Sequence record: NZ_CP044066.1
DNA length: 64,000 nt
Reading direction: 5' to 3' (one strand)
Source: a plasmid
The notes under the pieces are model-generated. The model was given only the letters and a program-made list of their open reading frames with translations, was not told the DNA's origin and did no database searches. The position numbers and the translations under genes are program-made. Shown piece by piece: positions 48,536-59,600 of the stretch (its first letter is position 1; each line of letters starts with the position of its first letter).

Positions 48536-49619
48536 TGGGTGGGATAATCAGAGCGCCACTGTAAGCGTGGTGACTCCTGACGCAATCGGCGCAATATCGA
48601 TGCCATGCCATCTTACGTACACGCCGCCGCACATGCGTTGCGTTACTCCATAGGGGAAAACACGGATGCCTTTGCCAGCTTAAACCCGATCTTACAAACT
48701 TTCATTTGTTTCAGGCGTTAAGTACAAATAGGATGCCTACCGAGGTTATTGATACCTGCGGAATGCTCCCCGTTCTGCTAGGTTATTTGAAGCGCGGTTC
48801 ATCCTGCGCTTTTTTTTTGAGTGAGGCCTGCGCATGCCGTGCCTGCTGAAGAGGTGCGCGCGGCTTGAAGCACTCGCGAGGCCACATCGGCATTGTGCGG
48901 CCGGCGATGCCCCCGCTACCGCGCAGGAGCAAGCGACGCAGCTAGAAGCGACTCTCTGAACATGGAGGCGCCGCTCGAGCACCAGTTAACAGGCGCTGGC
49001 ACCAGGTCACGAATTTCACCAAGGCAACCCTCCCCTTTCTTTCCTACGCAGTTGCGGCTTGGCCGCTAGTGACGACGGCCTTCGCGACAGAACGTCGTCT
49101 CCACGACGGTTGCATCCGCTCATCATCCCAAAGCCTTGCACACTACAAAGCCGGTGCACAACGGGGTCTGATGTGGAAGTCCACATCAAATGCACCCATC
49201 GAATTTACCCGTTGCGCGGCACCATGGTCGTTGAGGGAGCCCTCGCGCCTCGAAATACCTCACTTCGACGCAGGAGTGACTGCGGCTGGAATGCCGGGAC
49301 GCGCCTTTAGCCGACCTGCAAACAGCATCGGCATTGCCATACTCGCAAGTGTGTGCTTGTCGCCCACGCCCGGCACGAACAGTGTGGCTCTGCCCGCGTT
49401 CGCCTTACTGGCCCTGTCTCATTAGGGTATCCAGCGCCCTGCTCTGCGGATCGAAGATGAGCTTCTATGTTCGATGACGCCGGCGGCGCGCCCGTGACAA
49501 ACATGACCTCCGGTAACAATGCGCACGCCGTGACGGCCCTCGGGTTCGAAGCACCGGATATGAGCCCACGCATACTGCGCAAATCGCATGGAATCGATTT
49601 GCTACTTGGCCACTAGCCC

Positions 49620-51122
49620 CTATTCCTCCTGAAATGCCACTTCTCGCTTGGCTTTGATCGACGGCATAGCCACGATGAGAACCAACAGCGCAGCGGCGAT
49701 CAGCAGGCCAAGCGACAGCGGGCGGGTCACGAACACGGTGAAGGCGCCGCGCGACAGCAGCAGCGAACGGCGGAAGTTCTCCTCCATCATCGGTCCCAGC
49801 ACGAAGCCGAGCAGCAGCGGGGCCGGTTCGCACTTCAGCTTGATGAACAGGTAGCCGATCAGGCCGAAGGCCGCGGTCTGGAACACGTCGAACGTGGTGT
49901 TCTGGACCGAGTACACGCCGATGCAGCAGAACGTCAGGATGGCCGGGAACAGGAAGCGGTACGGCACCTTCAGCAGCTTCACCCAGATACCGATCATCGG
50001 CAGGTTCAGGATGATCAGGATGAAGTTACCGATCCACATCGAGGCGATCAGGCCCCAGAACAGCGCGGGGTTGCTGGTCATGACCTGCGGACCCGGCTGG
50101 ATGTTGTGGATGGTCATTGCACCGACCATCAGCGCCATCACGGCATTCGGCGGAATGCCGAGCGTCAGCAGCGGGATGAACGAGGTCTGTGCCGCGGCGT
50201 TGTTGGCCGACTCCGGACCCGCCACGCCTTCGATCGCGCCCTTGCCGAATTCATGCGCGTACTTCGAGGTCTTCTTCTCGAGCGAGTAGGCCGCGAACGA
50301 AGCCAGTGCAGCGCCTCCCCCCGGAAGAATGCCCAATGCCGAACCGAGCAGCGTGCCACGTAGAATGGCTGGGATCATGCGCCTGAAGTCTTCCTTTGTC
50401 GGGAAAAGATTGGTCACGTGATCCGTGAAGGTCTCTCGATCCTCCTTCTGCTCGAGGTTCGCGATAATTTCCGCGAAGCCGAACACACCCATTGCCACGG
50501 ACACGAAGTTCAGGCCGTCGGTCAGTTCGGGCACGTCGAACGAGAAGCGCGCCGCGCCCGAGTTCACGTCGGTACCGACCAGGCCCAGCAGCAGACCCAG
50601 CACGATCATCGCGATGGCCTTGACGAGCGAGCCGGACGCCAGCACCACGGCACCGATCAGGCCCAGCACCATCAGCGAGAAGTATTCGGCGGGACCGAAC
50701 TTGAACGCCAGCTCCGACAGCGGTGCGGCAAACGCGGCCAGGATCAGCGTGGCCACGCAGCCGGCGAAGAACGAGCCGAGGCCCGCTGTCGCGAGTGCCA
50801 CACCCGCGCGTCCTCGCCGCGCCATCTGATACCCGTCGATCGTTGTCACCACCGACGACGATTCACCGGGCAGGTTCACCAGAATGGCCGTGGTGGAGCC
50901 GCCGTACTGCGCGCCGTAGTAGATACCGGCCAGCATGATCAGCGCGGCCACCGGGGGCAGCGTGTACGTGACGGGCAGCAGCATCGCGATGGTTGCGAGC
51001 GGGCCGAGGCCCGGCAGCACGCCGATCAGCGTGCCCAGGATACAGCCGAGGAACGCGTACGCGAGGTTCTGGAAGGAGAGGGCGGTCGAGAAGCCCAGGC
51101 CGAGGTTGGATAGAAGTTCCAT
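49620..51122 (-). CDS. tctA: Tripartite tricarboxylate transporter large permease TctA. No adjacent tctB/tctC.
   Basis: Start at MELLSNLGLGFS…. Conserved TctA segments (GVLPGLGPLATIAMLLP…GAQYGGSTTAILVNLPGE…). No TctB- or TctC-like ORF in the flanking 1 kb on either side. Confidence 0.8.
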   Translation of the reverse strand: MELLSNLGLGFSTALSFQNLAYAFLGCILGTLIGVLPGLGPLATIAMLLPVTYTLPPVAALIMLAGIYYGAQYGGSTTAILVNLPGESSSVVTTIDGYQMARRGRAGVALATAGLGSFFAGCVATLILAAFAAPLSELAFKFGPAEYFSLMVLGLIGAVVLASGSLVKAIAMIVLGLLLGLVGTDVNSGAARFSFDVPELTDGLNFVSVAMGVFGFAEIIANLEQKEDRETFTDHVTNLFPTKEDFRRMIPAILRGTLLGSALGILPGGGAALASFAAYSLEKKTSKYAHEFGKGAIEGVAGPESANNAAAQTSFIPLLTLGIPPNAVMALMVGAMTIHNIQPGPQVMTSNPALFWGLIASMWIGNFILIILNLPMIGIWVKLLKVPYRFLFPAILTFCCIGVYSVQNTTFDVFQTAAFGLIGYLFIKLKCEPAPLLLGFVLGPMMEENFRRSLLLSRGAFTVFVTRPLSLGLLIAAALLVLIVAMPSIKAKREVAFQEE

Positions 51123-51999
51123 GAGGCTGGCACCTAAACTGATTAGACAAGTCGACCGAAGGGGCATCGGCGATTGATGCCGTACACGCGACCCATGCTG
51201 ATTAGCCGGACGCGTTCATGACCGAACATCGGGTAAACGAACACAAGAACCAAGTCCGACAGGGCCAAACGAAAAGCTCCACCCAGCAGTCCGCACTGCG
51301 CCGCGGAGTCGGGCACACACAGCGGGATCCTCGGGCCCGAGCAGGACAGATGAGTGTCTTCTGCGTTCGAAGATAGCGCGTCTTTTAGGACCTGCTCGCT
51401 CGGCAGGGTGCGCACGACCCCGAGCGCTGATGGAAAGCATTCCTCCCCGCTATCCGGGGCAGTCTCAACGAAGCGTGGGCGACAAAGGAAGCGTCAATCC
51501 GACGAGAATGAACAACAGACCGGAAACAAGATCCTTTTGGTCACGTGTGCGGTGCATAACTCACCGTCCCCCCTGATTTCATGCTTCGGGCCGCTCGGTG
51601 GTTCTCGAGTTCATCTTCTGCTTGCGACTGCACTGGGTGAGTGAAAACTAGGGGTCGAAACTTTCAATCTCCTTTCAGTTGTATGGTGTTGCGGGTATTC
51701 ACCTGTGAGGAGCGACACCGGCTTTCACTATCGAAGTCAGGCGAGGTCTTCCGCGGGTGCGGAAGGGCTCTGCCGACAAGTGGCGGCGAGGGTTGATGTA
51801 TGTAATTGCTGCCGAATGATGCAGTTCTGCTGAACGCGATCAACATGCGCGATGCAGTTTGACTGGCCCCGCCGCCCTCGCGACATGCTTGCGTAACGAT
51901 CAAGGCCGTGTGGCTCGGTTTGTGCATGCAGCCTCCAAGCAGGCGTGCAACACGCAGCGTCGGTGCTCGCGCCGTGGCAGACCTACTGGAGGTACAGTG

Positions 52000-52161
52000 A
52001 TGACTCAGACCCCAAAGCCCCGCGAAGAGAAGAACATTCCCGAGTTGCCGCCAGCCGAGAGGCGTCCCGATAAAGATCAGCAAGACGCGCCGATGTATGA
52101 CGAGGGGCTAGGTACGCCTCCGCGTCAGCCTGGGCAAATCGACATCAAGCAAACACGGTAG
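52000..52161 (+). CDS. Candidate small hydrophilic protein (53 aa).
   Basis: Strong SD (GGAGG, 7-nt spacer) before the ATG at 52000. Translation MTQTPKPREEKNIPELPPAERRPDKDQQDAPMYDEGLGTPPRQPGQIDIKQTR is Pro/Glu/Asp/Lys-rich. Lies within an otherwise ORF-poor 1.1-kb region. Confidence 0.35.
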   Translation: MTQTPKPREEKNIPELPPAERRPDKDQQDAPMYDEGLGTPPRQPGQIDIKQTR

Positions 52162-52262
52162 GATAAGCGTCGCAGATTGATCGTGTAGCGATCCGCAAGT
52201 CGAGCGACGGGTAGGCCCGAGGCAGTTTGTCGATATGCCAATCGATGTGATCGCGACCCAGC

Positions 52263-52481
52263 TTAGTCTTTCTGGTTGCGCAGGTCATGCTCAAAGGATT
52301 TGCGGGTCTGGATATGGCCATCCAGACCATGCACGAGAAGCTCGACATGTTCGCGCTGCGCTCGCTCTGTCCCGGCGCGAATGGCTTCATGCTGCGTGGC
52401 AAAGAGGGTGCGCACACCTCCCCCCTCGACTTGCACAGCCCACGAATCCCCGGCGGGTGTGATATGGACATTCGCATTCAT
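52263..52481 (-). CDS. DUF2188-family small protein.
   Basis: 72 aa (…HITPAGDSWAVQVEGGGVRTLFATQHEAIRAGTERAQREHVELLVHGLDGHIQTRKS…). Matches the DUF2188 pattern. Confidence 0.6.
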   Translation of the reverse strand: MNANVHITPAGDSWAVQVEGGGVRTLFATQHEAIRAGTERAQREHVELLVHGLDGHIQTRKSFEHDLRNQKD

Positions 52482-52557
52482 GTTCGACCTCCTACCTTTG
52501 GGCTAGGGTGTGAAGCGTCAGCCAGTCCTTGGTGCACAGGCGCTGCCCATGAGGTGC

Positions 52558-53154
52558 CTATACCCAGCGAAAGTTCGGCATAAGGTCCTTATGTTCGTCA
52601 ATGCTTACACCGCCGAGCTCGTGGACGATTCGTTTCGTGACTTCCTTGGATGCGGAGTCGCAGCTGGTAACCATCAGAATTTCCTTCGGCGCTACGTCTG
52701 TTTGCTTCCGGGACAGGCTGAAGCGAGGAATCTGTCCACCAAGCAAACCACCAATCCACCAGAAGATCATGGCACCGAAGGTACTTGCGCCCAAGTAAGC
52801 CATGAAGTTGTTTGCCGAATCGGCCGAGGCTCCGAATCGATAGACTGTCACCGCGCCGATGACTGAGCCGATAAGAATCCCGGAAACCGCAAGTTCCTCT
52901 CGATAGGAGGTGTGGGCCTTGTCGACTGTGGGAAGTTCTTCCACCGGCTGGTCTCCGTTTTGCGAGAACCATGGGCCGCCGATCAAGTTGGAACTGCCGG
53001 CAATGCCGCGGAGCGCAGTTCGCGCCAGCCGCGCCATGGCGAGATCCTTGATACGAAAATAGAGTAGCGTGCGCATGATGTGCCCCAGTTTAGAAACGTG
53101 GCTTCCATCGAGATTGCCGTGGAAGGGGTGCGATAGAAGATTCGCGACTCGCAA
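52558..53154 (-). CDS. Hypothetical membrane protein, possibly DUF1269-like. Start uncertain.
   Basis: 198-aa ORF with two Gly-rich hydrophobic segments (SGILIGSVIGAVTV; GASTFGAMIFWWIGGLLGG). Alternative starts at 53076 and 53037. Confidence 0.45.
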   Translation of the reverse strand: MRVANLLSHPFHGNLDGSHVSKLGHIMRTLLYFRIKDLAMARLARTALRGIAGSSNLIGGPWFSQNGDQPVEELPTVDKAHTSYREELAVSGILIGSVIGAVTVYRFGASADSANNFMAYLGASTFGAMIFWWIGGLLGGQIPRFSLSRKQTDVAPKEILMVTSCDSASKEVTKRIVHELGGVSIDEHKDLMPNFRWV

Positions 53155-53327
53155 CCTATCAACACGTTATAGGTAATACGCTCACCGGTCTGTCCGGTGT
53201 CGTACGGCTCCGAAAAAAGCCCTAGTCATTGTCCGTCACCGTACCGAATTTTCGTTGCCTCCATGACATCATCATTCGCAATCGAGGAATCATTTTTTTT
53301 GCTTGTTTATTCAGAATGAGGTGCCCC

Positions 53328-53762
53328 ATGGCTACGTCACCCAAACCACCGACCGATTTCACTACCATACTCGAACAGTACAAGCTGCCCGGTGTGGACA
53401 TGGCGTCTATCATCGACGCGCGCAGAAAGGATATCGAGGCTATCACCCAGGCAAACAGGGTCGCTTATGAAGGGATGCAGATGCTGGTCCAGAAACAGCT
53501 GGATATCTTCAATAAGACGATCCAGCAGATCCAGGCCGAGATTCCGAATGCTGTAGCGGGCACTGAGGGTTTCCGGACAGTGACGCAGCAAAGTGAACTG
53601 GTGCAGCAGCGCCTCCATACCGCGTTCAAGAACATGAGAGAGATGGCGGAAATGGCTCAAAAATCGCAATCCGAAGCGCTGGCGGTCATGACACGGCGCG
53701 CGGACCAGAACATCGACGCCGCGAAAGGGCTTATGAGAGGGACCGGCAAACTTGGCAGATGA
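53328..53762 (+). CDS. phaP: Phasin-family protein (PHA granule-associated).
   Basis: Start at MATSPKPP…, with a GAGGTG SD. Sequence …ILEQYKLPGVDMASIIDARRKDIEAITQANRVAYEGMQ… is typical of the TIGR01841-type phasin N-terminus. Confidence 0.65.
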   Translation: MATSPKPPTDFTTILEQYKLPGVDMASIIDARRKDIEAITQANRVAYEGMQMLVQKQLDIFNKTIQQIQAEIPNAVAGTEGFRTVTQQSELVQQRLHTAFKNMREMAEMAQKSQSEALAVMTRRADQNIDAAKGLMRGTGKLGR

Positions 53763-53841
53763 GCCGCCGCCTCGCTTGGCGGCTGGTACGCGGACATCAC
53801 GGCAACGGTGATGTGGCTTGGCAGAGCTGTGAGGAGACTAT

Positions 53842-54093
53842 ATGGCTTTGAACTTTCCGAACCCCAGTAGAAGCTACGATGCTTCGCGCAACTGTGTTCG
53901 CTTTTGGGGTTATGACGAGTCGCGCGAAGTATCGTTCCAGGTCTCCGGTGTGTTCCTGGCGCACTTGGCAAAGGATCTCTCGCTTGATGAAGAACGACAG
54001 TTGGCTTTGTTTGACCGATACCGCGAGCAGATTTACGGGATGGCGCATGAGATCTACACCGATGACCCACGCAACACCTACGTCATCGGATAA
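53842..54093 (+). CDS. DUF1488-family protein.
   Basis: 83 aa. The sequence VRFWGYDESREVSFQVSGVFL… is characteristic of DUF1488. Confidence 0.5.
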   Translation: MALNFPNPSRSYDASRNCVRFWGYDESREVSFQVSGVFLAHLAKDLSLDEERQLALFDRYREQIYGMAHEIYTDDPRNTYVIG

Positions 54094-54129
54094 GGCGTAT
54101 AAAATGGCGCGAGATGTGTTTTCGGTTTT

Positions 54130-54834
54130 TTAGCTGCCGGGGAGCAGTCGTTCGAATTCCCGCTTCACCACGGCATAGCATTCGCAGACGCGCTCTTCCA
54201 ACCCCGCACGGTCAAGAATGGCGATGTGACCATGACTGTAGCGGATCAAGCCTGCAGCCTGTAGCTTCAGCGCAGCCTCAGTCACTCCCGATCGTCGCAC
54301 GCCAAGCATGTTTGCGATGAGTTCCTGAGTCATCGTCAGATCGTTTGTCGGCAACCGGTCCAGACTCAAAAGCAGCCATCGGCAGAGTTGCTGGTCGATG
54401 GAATGATGGCGATTGCAAACTGCTGTCTGTGCCATCTGCGTGATGAGTGCCTGGGTGTACCGCAACAAGAGTTGCTGCATCGGCCCCCCGCGCTGGAACT
54501 CCTGCCTCAATATCATGGCGCCCATGCGGTATGCATGCCCCGCGCTCTGCACGACTGCACGGCTTGGCGTCGTTTCCCCGCCCATGAAGATGGCAATACC
54601 AACGATTCCTTCGTTGCCGACAATTGCGATCTCCGCCGACGCTCCATCCTCCATTACGTACAACAGCGAAATGATCGAGTCGACCGGGAAGTAGACCGAT
54701 CGTAGCTGGTCCCCCGATTCGTACACAACGTGACCCAATGGGAGTTCCACCAACTCCACATGTGGGTAAAGACGCGCCTTATCAGCTGCCGGGAGCATGG
54801 CAAGTAAGCGATTGGACATCGGGGTGATCGCCAT
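54130..54834 (-). CDS. Crp/Fnr-family transcriptional regulator.
   Basis: Start at MAITPMSN…. cNMP-binding-like beta-roll. C-terminal HTH (MTQELIANMLGVRRSGVTEAALKLQAAGLI). Confidence 0.75.
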   Translation of the reverse strand: MAITPMSNRLLAMLPAADKARLYPHVELVELPLGHVVYESGDQLRSVYFPVDSIISLLYVMEDGASAEIAIVGNEGIVGIAIFMGGETTPSRAVVQSAGHAYRMGAMILRQEFQRGGPMQQLLLRYTQALITQMAQTAVCNRHHSIDQQLCRWLLLSLDRLPTNDLTMTQELIANMLGVRRSGVTEAALKLQAAGLIRYSHGHIAILDRAGLEERVCECYAVVKREFERLLPGS

Positions 54835-55093
54835 AGCTGTCTCTTCTTGGGAGTACCGAGATTGGTCGGGACAGCCCTTCTGAGGACAAAAATTCTCGAT
54901 ACTTCCAATCCAACTATAGGCAGTCGCCGACTTGAGACAAGTGCCCACAAAGCTTCCCTAACCTGCCCTTGACTTGCCGTATCACAACCCCTATAACATC
55001 CATATGGACGGTATGAGGATGGCTGTGGGATGGCATCTGACGGTATGTGAATAAAAATCCTCCCTTCGAGATTCGACAGCGGCACAGAGAAAA

Positions 55094-55519
55094 ATGACTA
55101 ATAAAGCATACGCGTTAGTGGATAAGCCTAAGGGTGGCGACACCGAGAAGATCACTATCAACCTAGGACCGGTGGACTTGGGGCAAATCGATTTGCTGGT
55201 GGCCGAAGGCTTCTACTCCAACAGAACCGACCTCATCCGTACGGCCATCCGAAATCAGTTGGCCGTCCACGCGCAGGCCATCCAGGAAACGGTGATACGG
55301 CGTCAGCTGGTACTGGGGCTGCATCATTTCTCGAAGCGAGATCTGGAGGCGATCCTGGAAGCCAAACAGAAGCTCGCTATCCAGGTACTTGGCTTGGCCA
55401 GCATTGCATCGGACGTGAGTCCTGACCTGGCGACTGCAACTGTCGCCTCTGTCGAAGTCTTGGGCGTCTTTCACGCATCACCGGCGGTAAAAGCGGCGTT
55501 GGCGGGACGCATACGGTAG
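55094..55519 (+). CDS. Hypothetical protein with a possible N-terminal ribbon-helix-helix DNA-binding fold.
   Basis: 141 aa. The region ITINLGPVDLGQIDLLVAEGFYSNRTDLIRTAIRNQL resembles RHH (CopG/Arc-like) motifs. Otherwise unassigned. Confidence 0.35.
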   Translation: MTNKAYALVDKPKGGDTEKITINLGPVDLGQIDLLVAEGFYSNRTDLIRTAIRNQLAVHAQAIQETVIRRQLVLGLHHFSKRDLEAILEAKQKLAIQVLGLASIASDVSPDLATATVASVEVLGVFHASPAVKAALAGRIR

Positions 55520-55568
55520 TTCGCGGTAATTACGCCGCACCTGGTTCGCCAGATTGGAGAGCATCACA

Positions 55569-56684
55569 ATGAAGATGAACGACGCCTTCCTCGCCTCAAT
55601 GCGCGAGGCCATGCACCTGCTGAAAACGGCAGGCCCGATGGAGGCGACGACTGCAATCCAGCGCGCGCTCGGCCACCACTCGACCGATCTCGGCCTCGGC
55701 AAGCACAGCGCACCGATGCCTGCGCAAATCGTGGAGTCGCTGTTGACTGACGAGAGGCCGCAGTTGGACAAGGCAGAACCCGTGACGACCGTCGTTGAAC
55801 CGAGTGTCCCTCCACACGCGGTCGCTACTGGGCATTTTTCCCAACACAACTTTGCCAACCAGGCCGGGCAGCGCTCATACAAGGTGTACGTGCCGGCGGC
55901 CGACGCTCGGGCGGAGCCAATGCCGCTCGTCGTTATGCTCCATGGATGTACACAGGACGCCAACGACTTTGCCGCCGGTACCCGTATGAACAACCTTGCG
56001 GACGATCTTGGCTTTGTGGTGGTGTATCCGATTCAATCTCCCGCCGCCAATACCTCGAAATGCTGGAACTGGTTTCGCCCAGGTGATCAACGAGCGGATC
56101 AGGGAGAGCCTTCCATCATTGCTGGTATCACGCGTGAGGTTATGGCGGCTCACCGTATCGATAGAAGTCGGGTATATGTGGCCGGGCTTTCCGCCGGTGG
56201 CGCAATGGCAGCTGTGATGGTCCACACCTATCCAGATCTCTTCGCGGCAGGAGGCGTTCACTCAGGGCTTCCGGCCGGAAGCGCGCACGACCTACCCTCT
56301 GCGCTAGCTGCGATGAACGGCGGCAAAGGAGTTGGACCTTCAAAGCGAGGCGTGGCTCAACCAGTGAAGGCGGTACGTCCCCTGATCGTCTTCCATGGCG
56401 ATGCAGATCACACGGTGCATCCGTCGAACGGGGCAAGGCTGATGGAGCCGTATCAACAAGGACAGCCCAAGGACACGGAAAGGAACAGGGCCACAACCGG
56501 CCGCAGATATACCCGCGAGAAGATTAGCTCGGCGGGCGGTGTGGATGCCGAATACTGGCTGATCCATGGCGCCGGTCACGCGTGGTCGGGGGGCGGCACT
56601 GACGGTTCCTACACTGACCCCAAGGGACCAGACGCCAGTGCGGAAATGCTGCGATTTTTCCTCGCGCATCCCTTGCCCCGCTGA
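55569..56684 (+). CDS. PHB-depolymerase-family esterase (alpha/beta hydrolase).
   Basis: Sequence …YKVYVPAADARAEPMPLVVMLHGCTQDANDFAAGTRMNNLADDLGFVVVYP… and the nucleophile elbow GLSAGG match the TIGR01840-type esterase pattern. Confidence 0.7.
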   Translation: MKMNDAFLASMREAMHLLKTAGPMEATTAIQRALGHHSTDLGLGKHSAPMPAQIVESLLTDERPQLDKAEPVTTVVEPSVPPHAVATGHFSQHNFANQAGQRSYKVYVPAADARAEPMPLVVMLHGCTQDANDFAAGTRMNNLADDLGFVVVYPIQSPAANTSKCWNWFRPGDQRADQGEPSIIAGITREVMAAHRIDRSRVYVAGLSAGGAMAAVMVHTYPDLFAAGGVHSGLPAGSAHDLPSALAAMNGGKGVGPSKRGVAQPVKAVRPLIVFHGDADHTVHPSNGARLMEPYQQGQPKDTERNRATTGRRYTREKISSAGGVDAEYWLIHGAGHAWSGGGTDGSYTDPKGPDASAEMLRFFLAHPLPR

Positions 56685-56699
56685 TATCTGCTTTAACCG

Positions 56700-59600
56700 C
56701 TATTGACGACCGCGGCTGATCAATGCGTTTAGCTTTTGATAATCCGCGGGTTTGACCATGTAGTGGTCGATTGCGCCCTGCCTGTGGTGTCCGGTCGCAG
56801 GAAGGCCATAGCCGCTCAGTGCAACCACGAGCACGCTGGTTTGTTCCGGCATTTCGCGGATCCGGCGCGCCACTTCATAGCCGTCCATATCAGGCAGACC
56901 AATATCGAGCAAGATCACTTCCGGACGGAACTCTTCTACCGACGCAAGAGCCGCAGTTCCATCGGCGGCAACACGTACCTCGTGCCCATCCAGGAGCAAA
57001 AGAGCGGCCGCGCTCTGCGCGGCATCATTGTTATCATCCACCAGCAATATTCGGCGACTCGTAGGTTCGCTCGCTGGCTCAACGGGATTCGAATGGCGAT
57101 CGGCCAATGTTCCGTGGGGCAACACAGGTAATCGTACGACAAACGTGCTGCCTTGGTTCAGCCCTGGGCTCGTCGCATGGACGGTGCCACCGTGCAGTTC
57201 AACTAGCTTGCGCACCAGCGCGAGTCCGAGCCCCAAGCCCGACTGTCTCCGATCCGCAGGCGAGTCCGCCTGTACGAAAATGTCAAAAATCGGTGAAAGA
57301 AGCTCTTTCTTCATTCCGATACCGTCATCGGTCAGCGTGATAACCGCCTCATCGCCCTGGCGCTCCAGCGTGAGGGCAATATGGCCGCCATCTGGGGTGT
57401 ACTTGATGGCGTTTGCCAGCAGATTGCTAACAATCTGCTCGAGCCGTAGAGGATCTCCTTTGACAATCAGCGAGCCCGGCGGCAGCCTAAGGGTCAGCTC
57501 ATGCCGTTGCAGATCCGCAAGCGGACGAAGGGTCTGGATTGCGTGTCGCACAGGTTCCGCTAGATCTATCTGGACAGACCTAACGACGATCACGCCGCGG
57601 GTGATTCGCGAGACATCGAGAAGGTCGTCGACGAGGCCGATCTCGTGGTCCAGTTGTCGCTGCACCGATTCTTGCACCTGCCGAACGGTCACGGCGTCGG
57701 CGGTACCGCGCTGCCAGACAAGTAGCCCGCTGCGAATTGCGGCAAGTGGATTGCGCAACTCGTGTCCAAGCATAGCCAGGAATTCATCTTTCTGACGATC
57801 GGCTTCTTGCAGCCGGGCAAAATCCGCTCGCTGCCTGGTGACATCTTCAATCGTCAGGAGAACCGAGCCCTGCCCTGACCAGTCCAACCTGCGCGCATTT
57901 AGTCGCATGGTGCGCAGGCCGATTCGCGGGAAAGCGTGAACGATCTCGTAATCGCGAACCGCGGAATGTCGGGGAAGTACATTCTCGAGCAGTTCGCGTA
58001 GCGCCGGAATATCCCACTGGCCGTTACCCAGTGCGTATAGCCGGGAGCCCGCAGTGCTCTCAACAGTCGTGGCGAACATCTGGTAGAAAGCCGCGTTGGC
58101 TCGCTTTACGCGAAGGCCCCCATCGAGCACGAGGATCGGCTGTGCCGTCGTCTCGATGATACCCTCCGCAAAGTCTCTGGCCCCGGCGACATCGGTGTGC
58201 AGATCCTTGAGCTCTCGCACCCGATAGCGCAGTTCCTCATTGGTGGTCGAGAGTTCTTCATTGATCGACTGGAGCTCTTCCTTCGCCGTCTCCAGCTCCT
58301 CGTTCGTGCTGCGGAACTCCTCGTTGCTAGATAGCAGTTCTTCCTCGCTGGACTTGAGTTCCTCGCGGGCGCTCTCGTGCTCTTCCAGCGCCGCTCTGAG
58401 ACGCTCACGGGTTGCGGCAAGCTCGCTTGTCAGCCGGGCGATCTCCTCATCTTTGCCCCCGCGGGTACGGGCGTATTGCGGCCCAACACGCTGCTGCAGT
58501 AACTGTAGGATCAACGCCCTGAGAGGTGCATCTGCAAATCCTCTTTGCGTGACCGGAGGGTAGATGTGTCCCTCGAAAAAGACCAGGAACCAGCGCGAAT
58601 CAGTGCCCGATAGCTTTACGGGACGCACTTCAATGCTGGCCGCACAGTCGCTGCCAGCAAGATTGGCCCGCAATCCTGTCCGACGAGCCGGCGCACCGCT
58701 CTGGCGTACTCTATTGATCGCTTCCGTAACGGCCAGAAAAATCTCCGGCCTAGCGAGTTTTTGAAGGTTCATGCTCGGAGGACCTTCCGGATTAGATAGC
58801 CACCCACTTGTATCGCCGCGAAACATAAGGATATTGAGGTCGCTATCGCATACCACACCGGGGGGCGCGTAGCGACCGAGAGCCTGCCGGTCGGCCTCTG
58901 TGCGGAGTTGCGTTTCCTGCGTTTGTTCACGAGTGGAAGTTCCATGTCGATTTGCTCCGCCATGGGGTCGGGCTGCGATTGTGTCCGGCAACGACGGCTG
59001 AATAGTAGGTCGTGGTTTTCGGATGTAGACCTTGGAACTAGCGTCTTCCAGAACGCCAAAGTACTCGGAGAACGCTCCGACAGTTTCGGAAGGGCCGAGC
59101 ATCAAGACGCCTTCAGTGCGCAACGCATAATGAAAGAGAGGCAGCACGCGAGCTTGTAGCACCGGATCGAGGTAGATCAGCAGGTTCCTGCAACTCACCA
59201 GGCTCATGCGCGAAAACGGGGGATCCTCGGCGACGTTGTGACGCGCAAAGGTACACATGTCCCGTAAGGACTTGTCGATGCGGAAGTATTCGCCTTCGCG
59301 CACGAAATAGCGGCTCAGGCGCTCGGCCGAGACGTTGCGCGCAATATTTTCTATGTAGCGTCCGGTGCGAGCGGCTTCCAGCGCCTCAAGGCTGACGTCC
59401 GTGCCGAATATTTGTACTGAGGCTTCCGAAAGTTGGGGCCCAAGATACTCCGCCAGGCAAATGGCAAGCGAATAGACCTCTTCCCCGCTCGCGCATCCCG
59501 GCACCCAGATTCGAATGGGCCGGTTTGCGCCTGTCTCGCGGAGAATGCGGGGCAAAACGGTGTGTACCAGGGTGTCGAATGTCTTCGGGTCCCGAAAGAA

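Noticed and set aside
48790-48830. Weak hairpin + T9 (agcgcggttcatcctgcgcttttttttt) on the plus strand in the yihY–tctA gap.
   Set aside because: Only a 5-bp stem with a 10-nt loop. It could be a weak terminator for an unannotated transcript, but the evidence is too thin to call as a feature.
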